Virus record (IMG/VR): IMGVR_UViG_3300027668_000013
Location: 13,558 to 77,557 of that record
Source of the DNA: a virus
Strand: one strand, 5' to 3'
DNA: 64,000 nt
The position numbers and the translations under genes were made by a program. The first letter of the stretch is position 1. Each line of letters opens with the position of its first letter. The notes beneath the pieces were generated by a model, which was not told the DNA's origin, did not search any database, and saw only the letters and a program-made list of their open reading frames with translations. Shown here one piece after another: positions 37,308 to 48,368 of this stretch.

Positions 37308-39986
37308 TTATTTTGCATGGTATACACCATCTGCATCTTTAGTATAAAGAACTCCACCTATTAAAACATCTTTTCCTTTAGATTGTTTAGTACTTGTTGT
37401 TTCATCTGTTGTCCCATCTGATTTATATTTAACACCATCTGGAGTAACTCCAAATTTATTTGTACCAAGATAAGGAAGTGTTGCTTTATCTCTTAAAAAC
37501 ATTTTACGATCTTTATTCATCATATACTGTTTTTGCTCGTCCAATTGTGCAAATTTACTAAAATCTGAGTAAGAAGCATCTTTATATCTTTGTTGAACTC
37601 CTCTTTGTTGTCTTTCTATTGCATCATATTGATTAGCAAGAGCCGTGTTTGCTTGCTTATCTTTATTTGTTAACTCAACATTTGCGTTTGAAATCTCATA
37701 TCTTTTTTTATTTTCTCTTTGATTTATTCCTTCAGAGTTACCATAATACTGAGCATTATTCTGAGCACCATAAGATTGAATTTGTCCTGCTGTAAGACCC
37801 TTACCTCTCATAGAAAGGTTTTGATAATTTCTTTGTTCTACGTTAGTTTGTCTGTCTTTAGCAGACATGTCTTCGTACTTATATTTTTCAGAATTAGAGA
37901 ATCTTCTTTCTACTCCTTCAATAGGTTTACTACCTTGAATAGATTTATTAATCATTGAAGCGTACTTGCCAGGATTATTGTACTTCTCCATCTTGGTAAT
38001 TTCATCCCAAGTTTTTTGACCATCACTTACTTCTTCTCCCTTTTCAACTGCTTTTACTCTTTTTTGATATTCTTCGTAATCACCTTCTTCATTTGAAGAT
38101 TGTTCTACTTTTTGTAAACCTTCCCCACTCTGAGATGAATTAGGACTGTCTTCAACTGGAGACATTTTTATTTCGTTTCCATTCTCGTCTACTGGAGGAC
38201 CAAAGTTATAAGTTCCGTCTGGATTTTGATTAGGACCCCCTGTCACTTCAGCAGTCTGGTTTACCTCTGGTGGAGTATCACTTTGATTAGATACGTTTTG
38301 TATCGAAGGAAGTGTTCCTGTCTTATTAAGTTTATATCTCTGCTTTGCTTCAACCATTGCCTGAATATCCTTAGCGTCTTGTACATTATTTGGATCTAAA
38401 AACCCATCTGGTCTAACGCCATTATAAGTATCAGTTACTTTCTTATAAGTTTCTTGGTTTTGTGTATTACCAATTCTTCCTTTAAAACTTTTTTCATATG
38501 TAGGATTTGGATTTTCTAAAGTATATCTTTCATTTGTATTAGGATCTACACCATCTGTTTTATAACCGTCGTGTTTAGCAGCTACAATATCATCTAAAGT
38601 TATATTTTCAAGGTTTTCAGGAACAGGATTTTTTCCTGCACCATTCCATTTATCTAAAGTTATATCTCCTCCTGCGTAGGCTAATACATCGCTTGCAGAC
38701 CTACCACTATTAAAATTCCAATCTGTTAATTCTTTAAGAATGTCAGTATCTAATTTATTAAAATTTTCTTCTCCCAAATTCTTTTTCATATCTGGGATAT
38801 AATGATTTTTTAATAAATTAACTAAATCTTCATGTGTCTTTACCTTACCTGGTAAGTATGGATTATTCGCTGTAAACTTTGCTATAGAAAGAGCTTGTCC
38901 TTGAAAACCACCTTTTTTTTCTGCATTTTCTATCCCATATGCCAACTCTTCAATTTGAGCATCTGTCATTCCTTTAGTTTTAGAACCACCAGAAGGAACC
39001 TTCGTAGAAGTACGAATATTAGCCATTTCTTCACCCATTTCATCACCAAGTTGTTTTTTACTTACGTCATCCATACCTAAAGCTTTTAGATAATCTTGTG
39101 ATGTAGGTGAATCAACTCTATTTTGCATTTGATCAACAGTTTCACCTTGATTACTATTAGATAACATCTCGTCTGCAAATTGCTCAAAATCTTTTCCTGT
39201 TTTAGAACTATCAATTATTTTTTTCTCATTGTCTTTCAAGAACTCATCGTAATTTATATTAGGAAATTTTTTCTCAAAAGCTTTTCTTTTTGCTTCTAAA
39301 TTTGTTTTAGTTATATATTCACCATAAGCTTTACCTTTACCTTCGGGATACTTTTTATCATACCCGTAATCTTCATCGGTAGGTAATCTGTCTCTTGTTC
39401 TATCTAATAATTTTTTAGCACGAGGATCTCTTTTTAATTTCCATTTATTTATAGCTCCAAGAACTTTATTAAATTCTTCTTCGTTATCTTGAGTTGGAAA
39501 TATGATGTCTTCTTTTTCAAGGTTTTTTATTTCAAAACCACCATCTTCGTGTCTTTCGCTACCTCTTGCAATATTTTTAATGTTATAGTTCTTATCAACA
39601 TGAATCTCTCCAATACCAGAAGCGCTTCCGGAGCCGTCTCCTTCTATTTCTGCAGTTTCGTATCTCTTATTAGGATTCATTCCGTATCGTGCCTGTGCGC
39701 TTACCATAGTATCTTCTCTTAACGATCTACCTTCTAAGTTATCTGTAAATTCATTTTTTAATTTAGCGTTACCAAGTGCTTGTTTTTCCAATCTCTGCAT
39801 TTTCTTTTGCTGAGTTAAAGCATACCCTCCTGCAATAAGTCCTCCAGCGGCAGCTCCGTAAGGCCCAAAGTTAGCACCTAATTTAGCACCTTGTGCCGCA
39901 GCACCTGCTGTTGCGCTTGCTACATCTAAACCATCTCTAACTTCAGGTTCTTTAACTTTTTGTACTCCGTAAATATTATTTGCCAT
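37308..39986 (-). CDS. virion cargo protein (crAss cargo-1-like) with possible muramidase insert
   Basis: Gly/Ala TM segment (GPYGAAAGGLIAGG), AEIEG...GE...HEDGG motif; insert with DWNFNSG...KGRI. Confidence 0.6.
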   Translation of the reverse strand: MANNIYGVQKVKEPEVRDGLDVASATAGAAAQGAKLGANFGPYGAAAGGLIAGGYALTQQKKMQRLEKQALGNAKLKNEFTDNLEGRSLREDTMVSAQARYGMNPNKRYETAEIEGDGSGSASGIGEIHVDKNYNIKNIARGSERHEDGGFEIKNLEKEDIIFPTQDNEEEFNKVLGAINKWKLKRDPRAKKLLDRTRDRLPTDEDYGYDKKYPEGKGKAYGEYITKTNLEAKRKAFEKKFPNINYDEFLKDNEKKIIDSSKTGKDFEQFADEMLSNSNQGETVDQMQNRVDSPTSQDYLKALGMDDVSKKQLGDEMGEEMANIRTSTKVPSGGSKTKGMTDAQIEELAYGIENAEKKGGFQGQALSIAKFTANNPYLPGKVKTHEDLVNLLKNHYIPDMKKNLGEENFNKLDTDILKELTDWNFNSGRSASDVLAYAGGDITLDKWNGAGKNPVPENLENITLDDIVAAKHDGYKTDGVDPNTNERYTLENPNPTYEKSFKGRIGNTQNQETYKKVTDTYNGVRPDGFLDPNNVQDAKDIQAMVEAKQRYKLNKTGTLPSIQNVSNQSDTPPEVNQTAEVTGGPNQNPDGTYNFGPPVDENGNEIKMSPVEDSPNSSQSGEGLQKVEQSSNEEGDYEEYQKRVKAVEKGEEVSDGQKTWDEITKMEKYNNPGKYASMINKSIQGSKPIEGVERRFSNSEKYKYEDMSAKDRQTNVEQRNYQNLSMRGKGLTAGQIQSYGAQNNAQYYGNSEGINQRENKKRYEISNANVELTNKDKQANTALANQYDAIERQQRGVQQRYKDASYSDFSKFAQLDEQKQYMMNKDRKMFLRDKATLPYLGTNKFGVTPDGVKYKSDGTTDETTSTKQSKGKDVLIGGVLYTKDADGVYHAK

Positions 39987-39987
39987 C

Positions 39988-42900
39988 TTATCTAAAGTTA
40001 TTAGTAAATATAGTTTTTAAGAAATTTAAAACAAATTCTAAATTTAAAGTATTATCGTATTTTAAATTTACTACTATATGATCTCCTTTTATTCTTTCTC
40101 TAAACTTTTTTGTATTATCTAAATTCGTTGTAGCAAAAAGATCAATTGAATTATCTACAACTGAATCTCTTGGTATTGTAATTCTATATTCGTTATTTCT
40201 ATATTTAACAGAAACTTCTCCATTTGCTACTGCAACATTAAATGTATTACCTGGAATCATGGTATATGGCCCGGTATTACTTATTTGATTATGAGCAGAC
40301 ATTTTATAGAAATTATCATCTCTTTGTTTAATGTTTGTAGTTCTATCTTTTGAAACAGAATTTATAACAATATTATTAAACGTGCAAGTTTGCCCTTTTG
40401 TAGTAACAACAAAAGTTAATTCTGAATCATACACTGTTCCGAAATAAGAACCTTTAGGCCCTATATTCATCTCATGAAATTGAGAAGTTGTTGTTTTATT
40501 ATCTACAAATAAGAATCTATTGTTATAAGATATATAAATATTAGGCATGTAAGAATGATAATTAAACCATTTGCCTATATCTTTTGCATAAGATAAAGTA
40601 AATCCATTTGTTTGTCCATCAACTGGGAACTTAGTAATAAGATATCTATTTAGTTTATAATCATACCCAGAAACAATTCCAATTCCTAAATATGGATTAT
40701 CAATTAAATGTGCCTTTTTTGTACTAACATTTGTTAAATCTGTTTGTCCACTAATTTTAGTTATACCTAAAGAAAGAGTTTTATGCATTTCTGTAGATAT
40801 ACCTTCTTTACTTATTTCTTTAAGTATAGTTCCTCCTGTTTTAGTAGCACCTACAAGAAATATTTTACCTTGTAGTATATCAGCAAAAATATAACCAAGC
40901 TGCGTATGAGCTCCACCATACTGTGAAATACTACCACCATAACCTCCATCTGTCTCAAGTACTTCTTGAGCAGGTCTTGCAAACAACCTACTTGTTCCAA
41001 GAATTGCATCTGCTATATTACCACCTTTAATTGTAGCTTGTCCTTCTGCAAATGTTTGCCATAATGCTTTTGGAGTATGCATAAATAAAGTATTAAACTC
41101 TATAAACGTATCCCAAATAGGTCCTTTTTCAGAAGGTAAATCATAATAATCATTTTGTAAAAAAGATCTATACGAATCTAATGTATCTTCTTCTGCAGCT
41201 TTTTCTGAATATATAGTTCTGTTTTCAAAATCAGATATTGTTTGTTGTGTAGAACCCCCTAAGAAAGATTCTATTACATTATTTTCATATGAGTATTGTG
41301 TATTGTATGCTTGAATGTTTTTTAAATATGGATACCAATTATGAAGCATCTTACTCATATCTATTTCATTTGGAAAATAATCTTGCAATGGCTCATCTGC
41401 AGGACGATGTCTGTAATTAGTATTTATATTAGATTCTACAAAATAATAAGTACAAGTTCTAAAGTCCCAACCGTTAACCGTACCTGTACCAACTACATTA
41501 CCATAACTTCCTGGTCTTTGAGTATTACCTCCTTTAGCACTATTTATTGGATAAGTTCCCCCATCATAAAAAGGATCATAACGAACAAGTATTCCAGCAT
41601 TAAAAGAATATTTACTAATAAATGTATCTCCTCCAAAAACACTATTAAATACAAGAATACCAACCCCATTTACTGGATTTTTTATAGGAGTTCTTTTTAT
41701 TGGAATATAAGCAGCGTTATTAATTTGCCCATATTGTTTAAGATTGTCAATACTTATATTATATAAAGATCTTAAATTCTCTGCGGTACTACTACCAGTA
41801 TGAGATGTAAAATTATTATTAACATCTTTACTACCAATTGAAGTTACAGTACCAGTAAAATCATTAGAATCTTTATACATGTAAGTATTATTACATCTCA
41901 TTGATGCTACATCAGATCCTGCTGCCCCACCATTAGTAGTAAAAGAATCAGCATTTAAAAGTAATTGCAATCCTCCTTGATTCCACCTTGTATTTGTTTT
42001 AAGAGCAGGGTGATCTGGATCTAAAGAAGCATGTCTTTCTATATTTGGTTCAAGATAACGAGCGTCTTCAATTTCTCTGTTTTTTGCAGAATCAATCGGA
42101 ACAGTATCTATTTCTGAATAATTACAATATGAATCAAAATACATAAATTTATCTATCCTATATTCATTATTAATCAGACCACCAGTTCTTGAATTTTGTC
42201 TATCTCCTTTAAAATTAACGCCAATAATTTTACCTTTTATTCTTAATTCTTCAACTAAATTTTGACCTACTAATTGAGCTTCTTTTAATTTAAAACCAGT
42301 TTCTAAATTACTTTCTGGACTGTGAAACATTACTTGATTTTTTATAACTTCACTTATCATTCTTTTACCATTCTGGTAGGTGGCATTACTTGGTTGAACA
42401 TTTCTTATTGGATTTACCATACCAGTACGAACTTCTGCTCCGTTATCTTCAAAATTACTTAAACCAGTAACTTCAAAATTTAAATTAAAAAAAGGAATTT
42501 CTTGTAAATGATAGTTACTTTTCATGTTGTCATAGGCACTACCACTAACATCTTGTAATGCAGTTCCCAGTACCTGACCATCATTATTAAAACCATCAGC
42601 TGTAATCATATGTTTATGAATAAGTCCTTGAGAATATATAGATTTGTTATTATCTGTATTTCTACGTTCTCTTAAAAATATAATATCATCTGCTTCTTCA
42701 AGTATACTTTGTGGGATAGCTTGTGTAAATTCAAAATCTAATCCTAAAACTCTTATAAATTCTACACCACCATCGTTTTTATAATGAGGTTCGTTTTCTA
42801 ATCTTGGTATGTAATGATGTCTAATATTACGTTCTATTCCTGCAGGACCTTGTTCAGTAGTATCATCTCCGGTATCATTTCCAGGATATTTTTGATCAAG

Positions 42901-45012
42901 TGAATAAAGATCTTCTGAAACATAAGTTCCAAGATATCCTTGTCCAGTACCTGTCCCTACGTTTGTAGTAGGCCATAAGTCAGCTCCCGTAGGTGCTATT
43001 TTACCTTTGGTATTTGCTGTAGTATATCCAGCATAACCAGGTATGTGAAAAGCAGTAGACATTGATCCATCTTTCCAAAGTACTTTAAAACCAAGAGAAT
43101 ATACTTCTCCTCTTCTATATCCTTTTTTAGTAGCTGTTAAAAATTCATTTGTATAATCTGTAAATCCAGGAACTACATTTAAACCTGCACTACCTACAGG
43201 CTGTACTGCTAATACAGGTAATCCTGATGTTCCTGTCTCGAAATCATCTGTAAGAGTTGCATTTTTAAAACCTGGAGAAAGTACAATTAATTCATCTGCA
43301 ACATTTACTGTTTGAGGAAATGTTATATCTATTTCATTTGTTACAGAAACAACTGCTGTAGTAGCATTAATTGTTACAACTGTTGTATTTGCACCAGCAA
43401 ACGAAGTTGCTGTAATAGCTGCAGTATTGTTAGATGTAACTGTACTATTTGCAGCTATATCTACTGTAGACCATGATAAACTAACAACATTTGCTGTAGG
43501 AGCAATGGCAAAATATTCTGTTATAAGAAGAGAATTATTAATTGCAGTAAACAAATTTATAGCAGTATTATTATTGTCAGTTCCAATTGCGAATTGTTCA
43601 GCTGTAGGTGATGCCCCAGCTGCAATTGCAGTAAAAGTTACAGCCACTTGAGATCCTGTATACCCAGCACCTGTAGGTGCAGATATAATAATTGTATTTC
43701 CTACTACAATTTGAGTATAATCTACTATTGTTATTGCTGCTGCTGCAGGAGTACCATTTTTTATTAATTGATATGTTGCAGGAACGATAGCCGTAATAGA
43801 ATCAACATCTTCATTCATTGGTAAAGTACATGTAAAATTACCTTGAAGAAAAGGATTTGAAGTATTAGTAAAAACTAAACTTGGTGTTGTACTTACATCG
43901 TCTCCTCTTCCTGAAAACTGAACGTTTTCTATTCTATACTTTACTCTTATTTTATTTGCAACATCTTGAAGATCTCCAGAAAGTTTACTTCTATCATCTC
44001 TAAGATTTGATAAAAATAAAGAATTGTCTTTTTGCTCAATACACTTAGCATGTGTATAAGAAACACCAACTTGTTGTAATTCGGCTCTTGTTAAATTAAT
44101 TAAATTTTCTGTATTTGGACCAGTATATGTAAACTCAACTGTATCACCTGATATTGGAACTTGTCCAACAACACATGCTCTAAATACAGAAGAAGAACTT
44201 TCATAAAATAAAGCTACAACTTCCAACTCTTGATATTTAGTATCTACATTTTCAAATTTAACTACTAAGTTTTTATTTACTATACCAAATTCATAAAACT
44301 CACCAGAATATGCACTTACCCCATCTTTTTTTTCAGAAGTTACAATTGGAAAAACTTCAGAAGGCAATCCAAATATTGTTGTACCTCCGTTTGCAGTAAC
44401 ATATCTTGTTATAAATTGAACAACTCCAGGTTGTATAGAGGATTGTACTCCTTCTATAATTTCTGTTACAGTAATTTTTGGTACAGATTGATCAAAAATA
44501 AGCTTAACAGATTCAGCAACTTTTCCTACAACAGGAGGTTCATCTAAATCAAAAAATCCATAAGGAACATTGTTGTCTGTAAAATATAATAATCTGTGAC
44601 CATTAATAAGTTTTCTACTTACACAATCAACAGGTCTGTTCTTTTGAAAACCCAATTCGCTATTATTTGAAACAGGAAGACCTGATGAGTCAACAGGCCC
44701 TGAAGCATGGTAAAAGCCTGTAGTAGCATCTGGACTATCATCTTCTACAATGTATCCAATTTGACTATTGTTTGTAGCATCACAAAGTATTACTATAATA
44801 TCATTATTTAAAATAGTATGACCAATAGGTTTAAATCCAGTCGGGAATTTAATGTTAGACATTAATTTAGTACCACTTTCATTAGTAATACTATATAAGT
44901 TTCCCTCTTCCGTCATGGGAATAAAATTCAAACCATACCGAATAGTATGTTCTTTTTGTTGACTTGGATGCGAATCCGTATCAAGACCTCCTAAAAACTT
45001 ATTAATATCCAT
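39988..45012 (-). CDS. tail muzzle/stabilisation protein
   Basis: NKFLGGLDTD N-terminus, LYFTDN, KDNSLFLSNL, GYRRGEVYSLG, GGDTFI, RERIKG; crAss-like synteny. Confidence 0.75.
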   Translation of the reverse strand: MDINKFLGGLDTDSHPSQQKEHTIRYGLNFIPMTEEGNLYSITNESGTKLMSNIKFPTGFKPIGHTILNNDIIVILCDATNNSQIGYIVEDDSPDATTGFYHASGPVDSSGLPVSNNSELGFQKNRPVDCVSRKLINGHRLLYFTDNNVPYGFFDLDEPPVVGKVAESVKLIFDQSVPKITVTEIIEGVQSSIQPGVVQFITRYVTANGGTTIFGLPSEVFPIVTSEKKDGVSAYSGEFYEFGIVNKNLVVKFENVDTKYQELEVVALFYESSSSVFRACVVGQVPISGDTVEFTYTGPNTENLINLTRAELQQVGVSYTHAKCIEQKDNSLFLSNLRDDRSKLSGDLQDVANKIRVKYRIENVQFSGRGDDVSTTPSLVFTNTSNPFLQGNFTCTLPMNEDVDSITAIVPATYQLIKNGTPAAAAITIVDYTQIVVGNTIIISAPTGAGYTGSQVAVTFTAIAAGASPTAEQFAIGTDNNNTAINLFTAINNSLLITEYFAIAPTANVVSLSWSTVDIAANSTVTSNNTAAITATSFAGANTTVVTINATTAVVSVTNEIDITFPQTVNVADELIVLSPGFKNATLTDDFETGTSGLPVLAVQPVGSAGLNVVPGFTDYTNEFLTATKKGYRRGEVYSLGFKVLWKDGSMSTAFHIPGYAGYTTANTKGKIAPTGADLWPTTNVGTGTGQGYLGTYVSEDLYSLDQKYPGNDTGDDTTEQGPAGIERNIRHHYIPRLENEPHYKNDGGVEFIRVLGLDFEFTQAIPQSILEEADDIIFLRERRNTDNNKSIYSQGLIHKHMITADGFNNDGQVLGTALQDVSGSAYDNMKSNYHLQEIPFFNLNFEVTGLSNFEDNGAEVRTGMVNPIRNVQPSNATYQNGKRMISEVIKNQVMFHSPESNLETGFKLKEAQLVGQNLVEELRIKGKIIGVNFKGDRQNSRTGGLINNEYRIDKFMYFDSYCNYSEIDTVPIDSAKNREIEDARYLEPNIERHASLDPDHPALKTNTRWNQGGLQLLLNADSFTTNGGAAGSDVASMRCNNTYMYKDSNDFTGTVTSIGSKDVNNNFTSHTGSSTAENLRSLYNISIDNLKQYGQINNAAYIPIKRTPIKNPVNGVGILVFNSVFGGDTFISKYSFNAGILVRYDPFYDGGTYPINSAKGGNTQRPGSYGNVVGTGTVNGWDFRTCTYYFVESNINTNYRHRPADEPLQDYFPNEIDMSKMLHNWYPYLKNIQAYNTQYSYENNVIESFLGGSTQQTISDFENRTIYSEKAAEEDTLDSYRSFLQNDYYDLPSEKGPIWDTFIEFNTLFMHTPKALWQTFAEGQATIKGGNIADAILGTSRLFARPAQEVLETDGGYGGSISQYGGAHTQLGYIFADILQGKIFLVGATKTGGTILKEISKEGISTEMHKTLSLGITKISGQTDLTNVSTKKAHLIDNPYLGIGIVSGYDYKLNRYLITKFPVDGQTNGFTLSYAKDIGKWFNYHSYMPNIYISYNNRFLFVDNKTTTSQFHEMNIGPKGSYFGTVYDSELTFVVTTKGQTCTFNNIVINSVSKDRTTNIKQRDDNFYKMSAHNQISNTGPYTMIPGNTFNVAVANGEVSVKYRNNEYRITIPRDSVVDNSIDLFATTNLDNTKKFRERIKGDHIVVNLKYDNTLNLEFVLNFLKTIFTNNFR

Positions 45013-45818
45013 TATCTTCTACCGTCTAAATCGTTATAATCAAATACCCTTAACCAATTATTTTTTAGTCTTTCTATAGTCTCTAAGTCTGGCATATTAG
45101 CACTTGCTCTTGCTTGACCACAATATTTTAACCATCTCATTTCACAAACTTCATAATTACGAAGTTGTGGATTTTTTAATAACAAAGGATTTAACATAGC
45201 TATATGCATTGCACATTTCCAAAATAAAGCATCTCTAAAAGATACATCATCTGGAACTAAAGGAAAACCTTTGTCATCAACAGGCATTGCTAAATACTGA
45301 AGTTGTATTACACCAGTTTTAAAAGCGGCTGTGATTTTGTTAAAATTTATATTGTAATCCATATCGGTATGCTTGTTTGCTTTAACATTACCAATGAGAT
45401 TATTATTTCTTTCTAAAGCATTTGCTATTTGATGAGGTATTGGAAGATCCGATCTCTGTAGTCCTTGAACCGGGAGAATATTGAATCTTTCATACGCGGG
45501 TAAGTTTTTCCATTCTACTCCACATTCAGATAACATTGATTGAATTGACCCACCATAAAAACCACTACTTGTAGGTTCTATTGAACAACCTGCTTTAAAT
45601 CTAATAGGTTTGTGAAAGTCACAAGGTAACATACCTGTATATTCTTCTATTAGTATGTTACATTCTTTTTCTTCAAATTGATAATATGATCCTATATGCT
45701 CAAGTGCATCTGCAATCCATTCAATAAAAGATTGATATGGGATTTCACCTTGACCAAGTCCTAAGTCAGTTATTACTTTATTGATTACTCTATCTATGGA
45801 ATTTAAATTATGAATCAT
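45012..45818 (-). CDS. tail ring protein
   Basis: IEWIADALEHIG...LPCDF...YLAMPVDDKGFPLVPDD...W..YCGQA; position before the muzzle gene. Confidence 0.7.
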   Translation of the reverse strand: MIHNLNSIDRVINKVITDLGLGQGEIPYQSFIEWIADALEHIGSYYQFEEKECNILIEEYTGMLPCDFHKPIRFKAGCSIEPTSSGFYGGSIQSMLSECGVEWKNLPAYERFNILPVQGLQRSDLPIPHQIANALERNNNLIGNVKANKHTDMDYNINFNKITAAFKTGVIQLQYLAMPVDDKGFPLVPDDVSFRDALFWKCAMHIAMLNPLLLKNPQLRNYEVCEMRWLKYCGQARASANMPDLETIERLKNNWLRVFDYNDLDGRR

Positions 45819-46258
45819 GTCAAAAATCTTTTATGTATGTCTTTTTGTTTTATAAACTTCCTCAACCTTCTTGCATTAGACCACGTTGGTTTAAATGTAT
45901 AGTAAACAACATGATGAGAAACAGATCTTAATCTATTCCAAGCCCACTTTGCTAAATATCCATCTTCTGGTAACTCTAACAAATAATGAGTTATCCCAGT
46001 CTCCTTAGTTTTTCTAATATCAATTTTGAGTTTGCTATAAACAATCTCATACTTTTTAATTCTAATTCTACCCATTTTAAAAGGTAGTTTAACAATCTTC
46101 CCTTCAAATGCATCCTCAACTAACATCTTGTTAAAATCACAACACATGTCTCTGTACGCGCGTTTACTAATTTTATAATTCTCTCCTTTTGGAAAGTGCT
46201 TATCTTTGTAAAATTTATAAGCATGAGATATACTATATCCCTTACTTACCTCCGGCAC
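45815..46258 (-). CDS. IHF/HU-like DNA-binding protein
   Basis: Basic; VKLPFKMGRIRIKK...YTFKP pattern of crAss IHF-like proteins embedded among ring genes. Confidence 0.65.
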   Translation of the reverse strand: MPEVSKGYSISHAYKFYKDKHFPKGENYKISKRAYRDMCCDFNKMLVEDAFEGKIVKLPFKMGRIRIKKYEIVYSKLKIDIRKTKETGITHYLLELPEDGYLAKWAWNRLRSVSHHVVYYTFKPTWSNARRLRKFIKQKDIHKRFLT

Positions 46259-46955
46259 CTAACAATTCTGTTAATTGATCTAAACTATTATTTGAATTAT
46301 CTACAGGTATTGCAGATAGTACTGACAATTCTGTTTGAGCGATTAACTTAACTATTGTGTCTACGTGATGTAACGGTAAAGGATATTCAAAATCAAATCC
46401 TTTTGAACAAGGATCATCATTTCCAGGACAATCACAAGTTTTAAATTCTTCTGCTTTTTGAGGACTTTCAAATATTCCTTGAACATTCATATCAGAAAAC
46501 ATTTTTGTAGGAGGGTCTACTAAATAAACATATCCCCCTTGAAAATACCAAGCTGGTTCCTTGCCTGTCCATTTTGCAGCACCTTTCCAATACATTGCAT
46601 TGTGAGATTTATGCTGAAAAGGTTTTCCATTAGAATTACCAACAAAAGTTATATTTATACCTGTGTGTGACTCTAAAGGCTTTGGAAGTTTTAATGATGT
46701 TCTTAAAATACAATCGTCTGGTTCATCAGTATCGCATTTTTCGTTTTTATCTTTTTGACTAACCTCAACACATCCTAAGTTTTGAACATACAAAGATTGC
46801 ATGAATCTACCCTTTTCTTGATCTTGTTTTAGTAGCCTTGCTCTGTAGTAATCAATTATAAACATTAACTGTTTGTTGGAAATGTTTTCATCATCTGATT
46901 GAACTCCTCCAGCAATAAGGTTTTTAATATTGTATATAATTTCTGAAGCTAACAT
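46242..46955 (-). CDS. tail ring protein
   Basis: SDDENISNKQLMFIIDYYRARLLKQ...GIFESP...YPLP; crAss-like synteny. Confidence 0.7.
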   Translation of the reverse strand: MLASEIIYNIKNLIAGGVQSDDENISNKQLMFIIDYYRARLLKQDQEKGRFMQSLYVQNLGCVEVSQKDKNEKCDTDEPDDCILRTSLKLPKPLESHTGINITFVGNSNGKPFQHKSHNAMYWKGAAKWTGKEPAWYFQGGYVYLVDPPTKMFSDMNVQGIFESPQKAEEFKTCDCPGNDDPCSKGFDFEYPLPLHHVDTIVKLIAQTELSVLSAIPVDNSNNSLDQLTELLGAGGK

Positions 46956-46985
46956 ATATTGTAAATATAATTAATCTTATGGTAT

Positions 46986-47012
46986 AAAAAAAGGGAGTAT
47001 AAAAACTCCCTC
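46986..47012 (-). terminator. intrinsic terminator
   Basis: Minus strand GGGAGT-ttttat-ACTCCC-TTTTTTT downstream of the 429-aa gene. Confidence 0.75.
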
Positions 47013-47041
47013 CTTTTAAAAATTTATAAACAACCTTTCTA

Positions 47042-48331
47042 TTAGAAAGAAATTGCAGCGAATCCTAATTTAGTTCCAAAGAAACCATTAAGTTTTGCTG
47101 TAAACTTGTTGTTACCTGCAGTAGCATCAGCTTGAGCTGTTCCAGTAGGAATATAGATCTCAGTCTGAAGAGGTGCTGAGTATTGACCTTGAAAGTCTCC
47201 ACCTTGTACATCTGCATGAGTAATAATAATTGAATTGTATTCTACAGTTGGATCAACTACAGAGTTAATTCTCTTATCGTAGAATCTTCTTTTAGAAGTA
47301 TCTCCGAAGTATCCTTTAGCAGCTTCTTCTCTGTCAGCAACTTGTTTCCAGTATCCTTGTCCAGGATTTCCAGCAACTTTTGTTACAGTAGCAGAAACTT
47401 GTCCAGATGCTAAATCATCAGTTGTAGAGAATACAGCGTCAAAGTTAATAAACTCATACTGATCAAATGGCTCATTAGCCGCTCTACTTACATCAGAATC
47501 CTGAGCAACAGCAGTTAATTTAAATCCAAATTCAGTAGGAACTGTTCCAGTTGAAGCAATGAATTTAATATTTGCTGCAGCAATTGTACCAGTTGCACCT
47601 TTGTAAGCTACATCTAATTTAATTTCTCCATCAGCAGTTACTGTAAACCCATATACAGGGGAAGCAACAGTAGGAGTAACTGTGTCAATTCTAACAAAAC
47701 CAGTTGCACCAACTGCACCAAAAGTAACTCCAGCTTTAGCAACCTTTGTTGATCCTTTAACTACAGCAGCAGTACCCGCAGTAGCTGCATAAGTACCATT
47801 AGATACTCTTTCTAATTTGATTTTGTCAGACATGTAATTGTCTCCATAATCTTTTTGATCAAACAAAGCTGCAATAGAATAAGCCAATTTAGCTTTATCT
47901 GTACCAGCAGCAGTGAAATTAACATCACCGATTGTTTGACGCATTCCATTAACTCTTACAGAATCTTTTATTAAGACTCTCAATCTGTATTCTGTATCTG
48001 CAACAGCAGGAATACTTGTAGACGCTGTTCCGTTATAACCCAAGGTAACAACCTGTTCCGAAGGAGTGACTTTTCCAAGACCCTCGAACTTCGAAACAGT
48101 GTTGCCTTGAATTGGGGAAGACAGAATCGCTATACCGTCTGCAATTCCTGCAGCGATAGTTACTTTTTCAAATCGCGGTAATGCTGCAGCAGCAGCTACA
48201 GTTGCGATTACGTTTTTACTTTCGTCTATTAGTAAAAGGTCTCCTTTTTTGATACCTGAAAGATGTGTAACTGAAGCGGTAGTAATACCATCTCCAATCA
48301 ACACTCTGTTTACATTGTTGTAATTAGACAT
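47042..48331 (-). CDS. auxiliary capsid/structural protein
   Basis: Ala/Thr/Gly-rich; GNPGQGYWKQVADREEAAKGYFG motif; own terminator suggests high expression; near the MCP gene. Confidence 0.65.
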   Translation of the reverse strand: MSNYNNVNRVLIGDGITTASVTHLSGIKKGDLLLIDESKNVIATVAAAAALPRFEKVTIAAGIADGIAILSSPIQGNTVSKFEGLGKVTPSEQVVTLGYNGTASTSIPAVADTEYRLRVLIKDSVRVNGMRQTIGDVNFTAAGTDKAKLAYSIAALFDQKDYGDNYMSDKIKLERVSNGTYAATAGTAAVVKGSTKVAKAGVTFGAVGATGFVRIDTVTPTVASPVYGFTVTADGEIKLDVAYKGATGTIAAANIKFIASTGTVPTEFGFKLTAVAQDSDVSRAANEPFDQYEFINFDAVFSTTDDLASGQVSATVTKVAGNPGQGYWKQVADREEAAKGYFGDTSKRRFYDKRINSVVDPTVEYNSIIITHADVQGGDFQGQYSAPLQTEIYIPTGTAQADATAGNNKFTAKLNGFFGTKLGFAAISF

Positions 48332-48368
48332 AACTTTTAAATTTAAGATTAATAATTAAAAAAAATTT

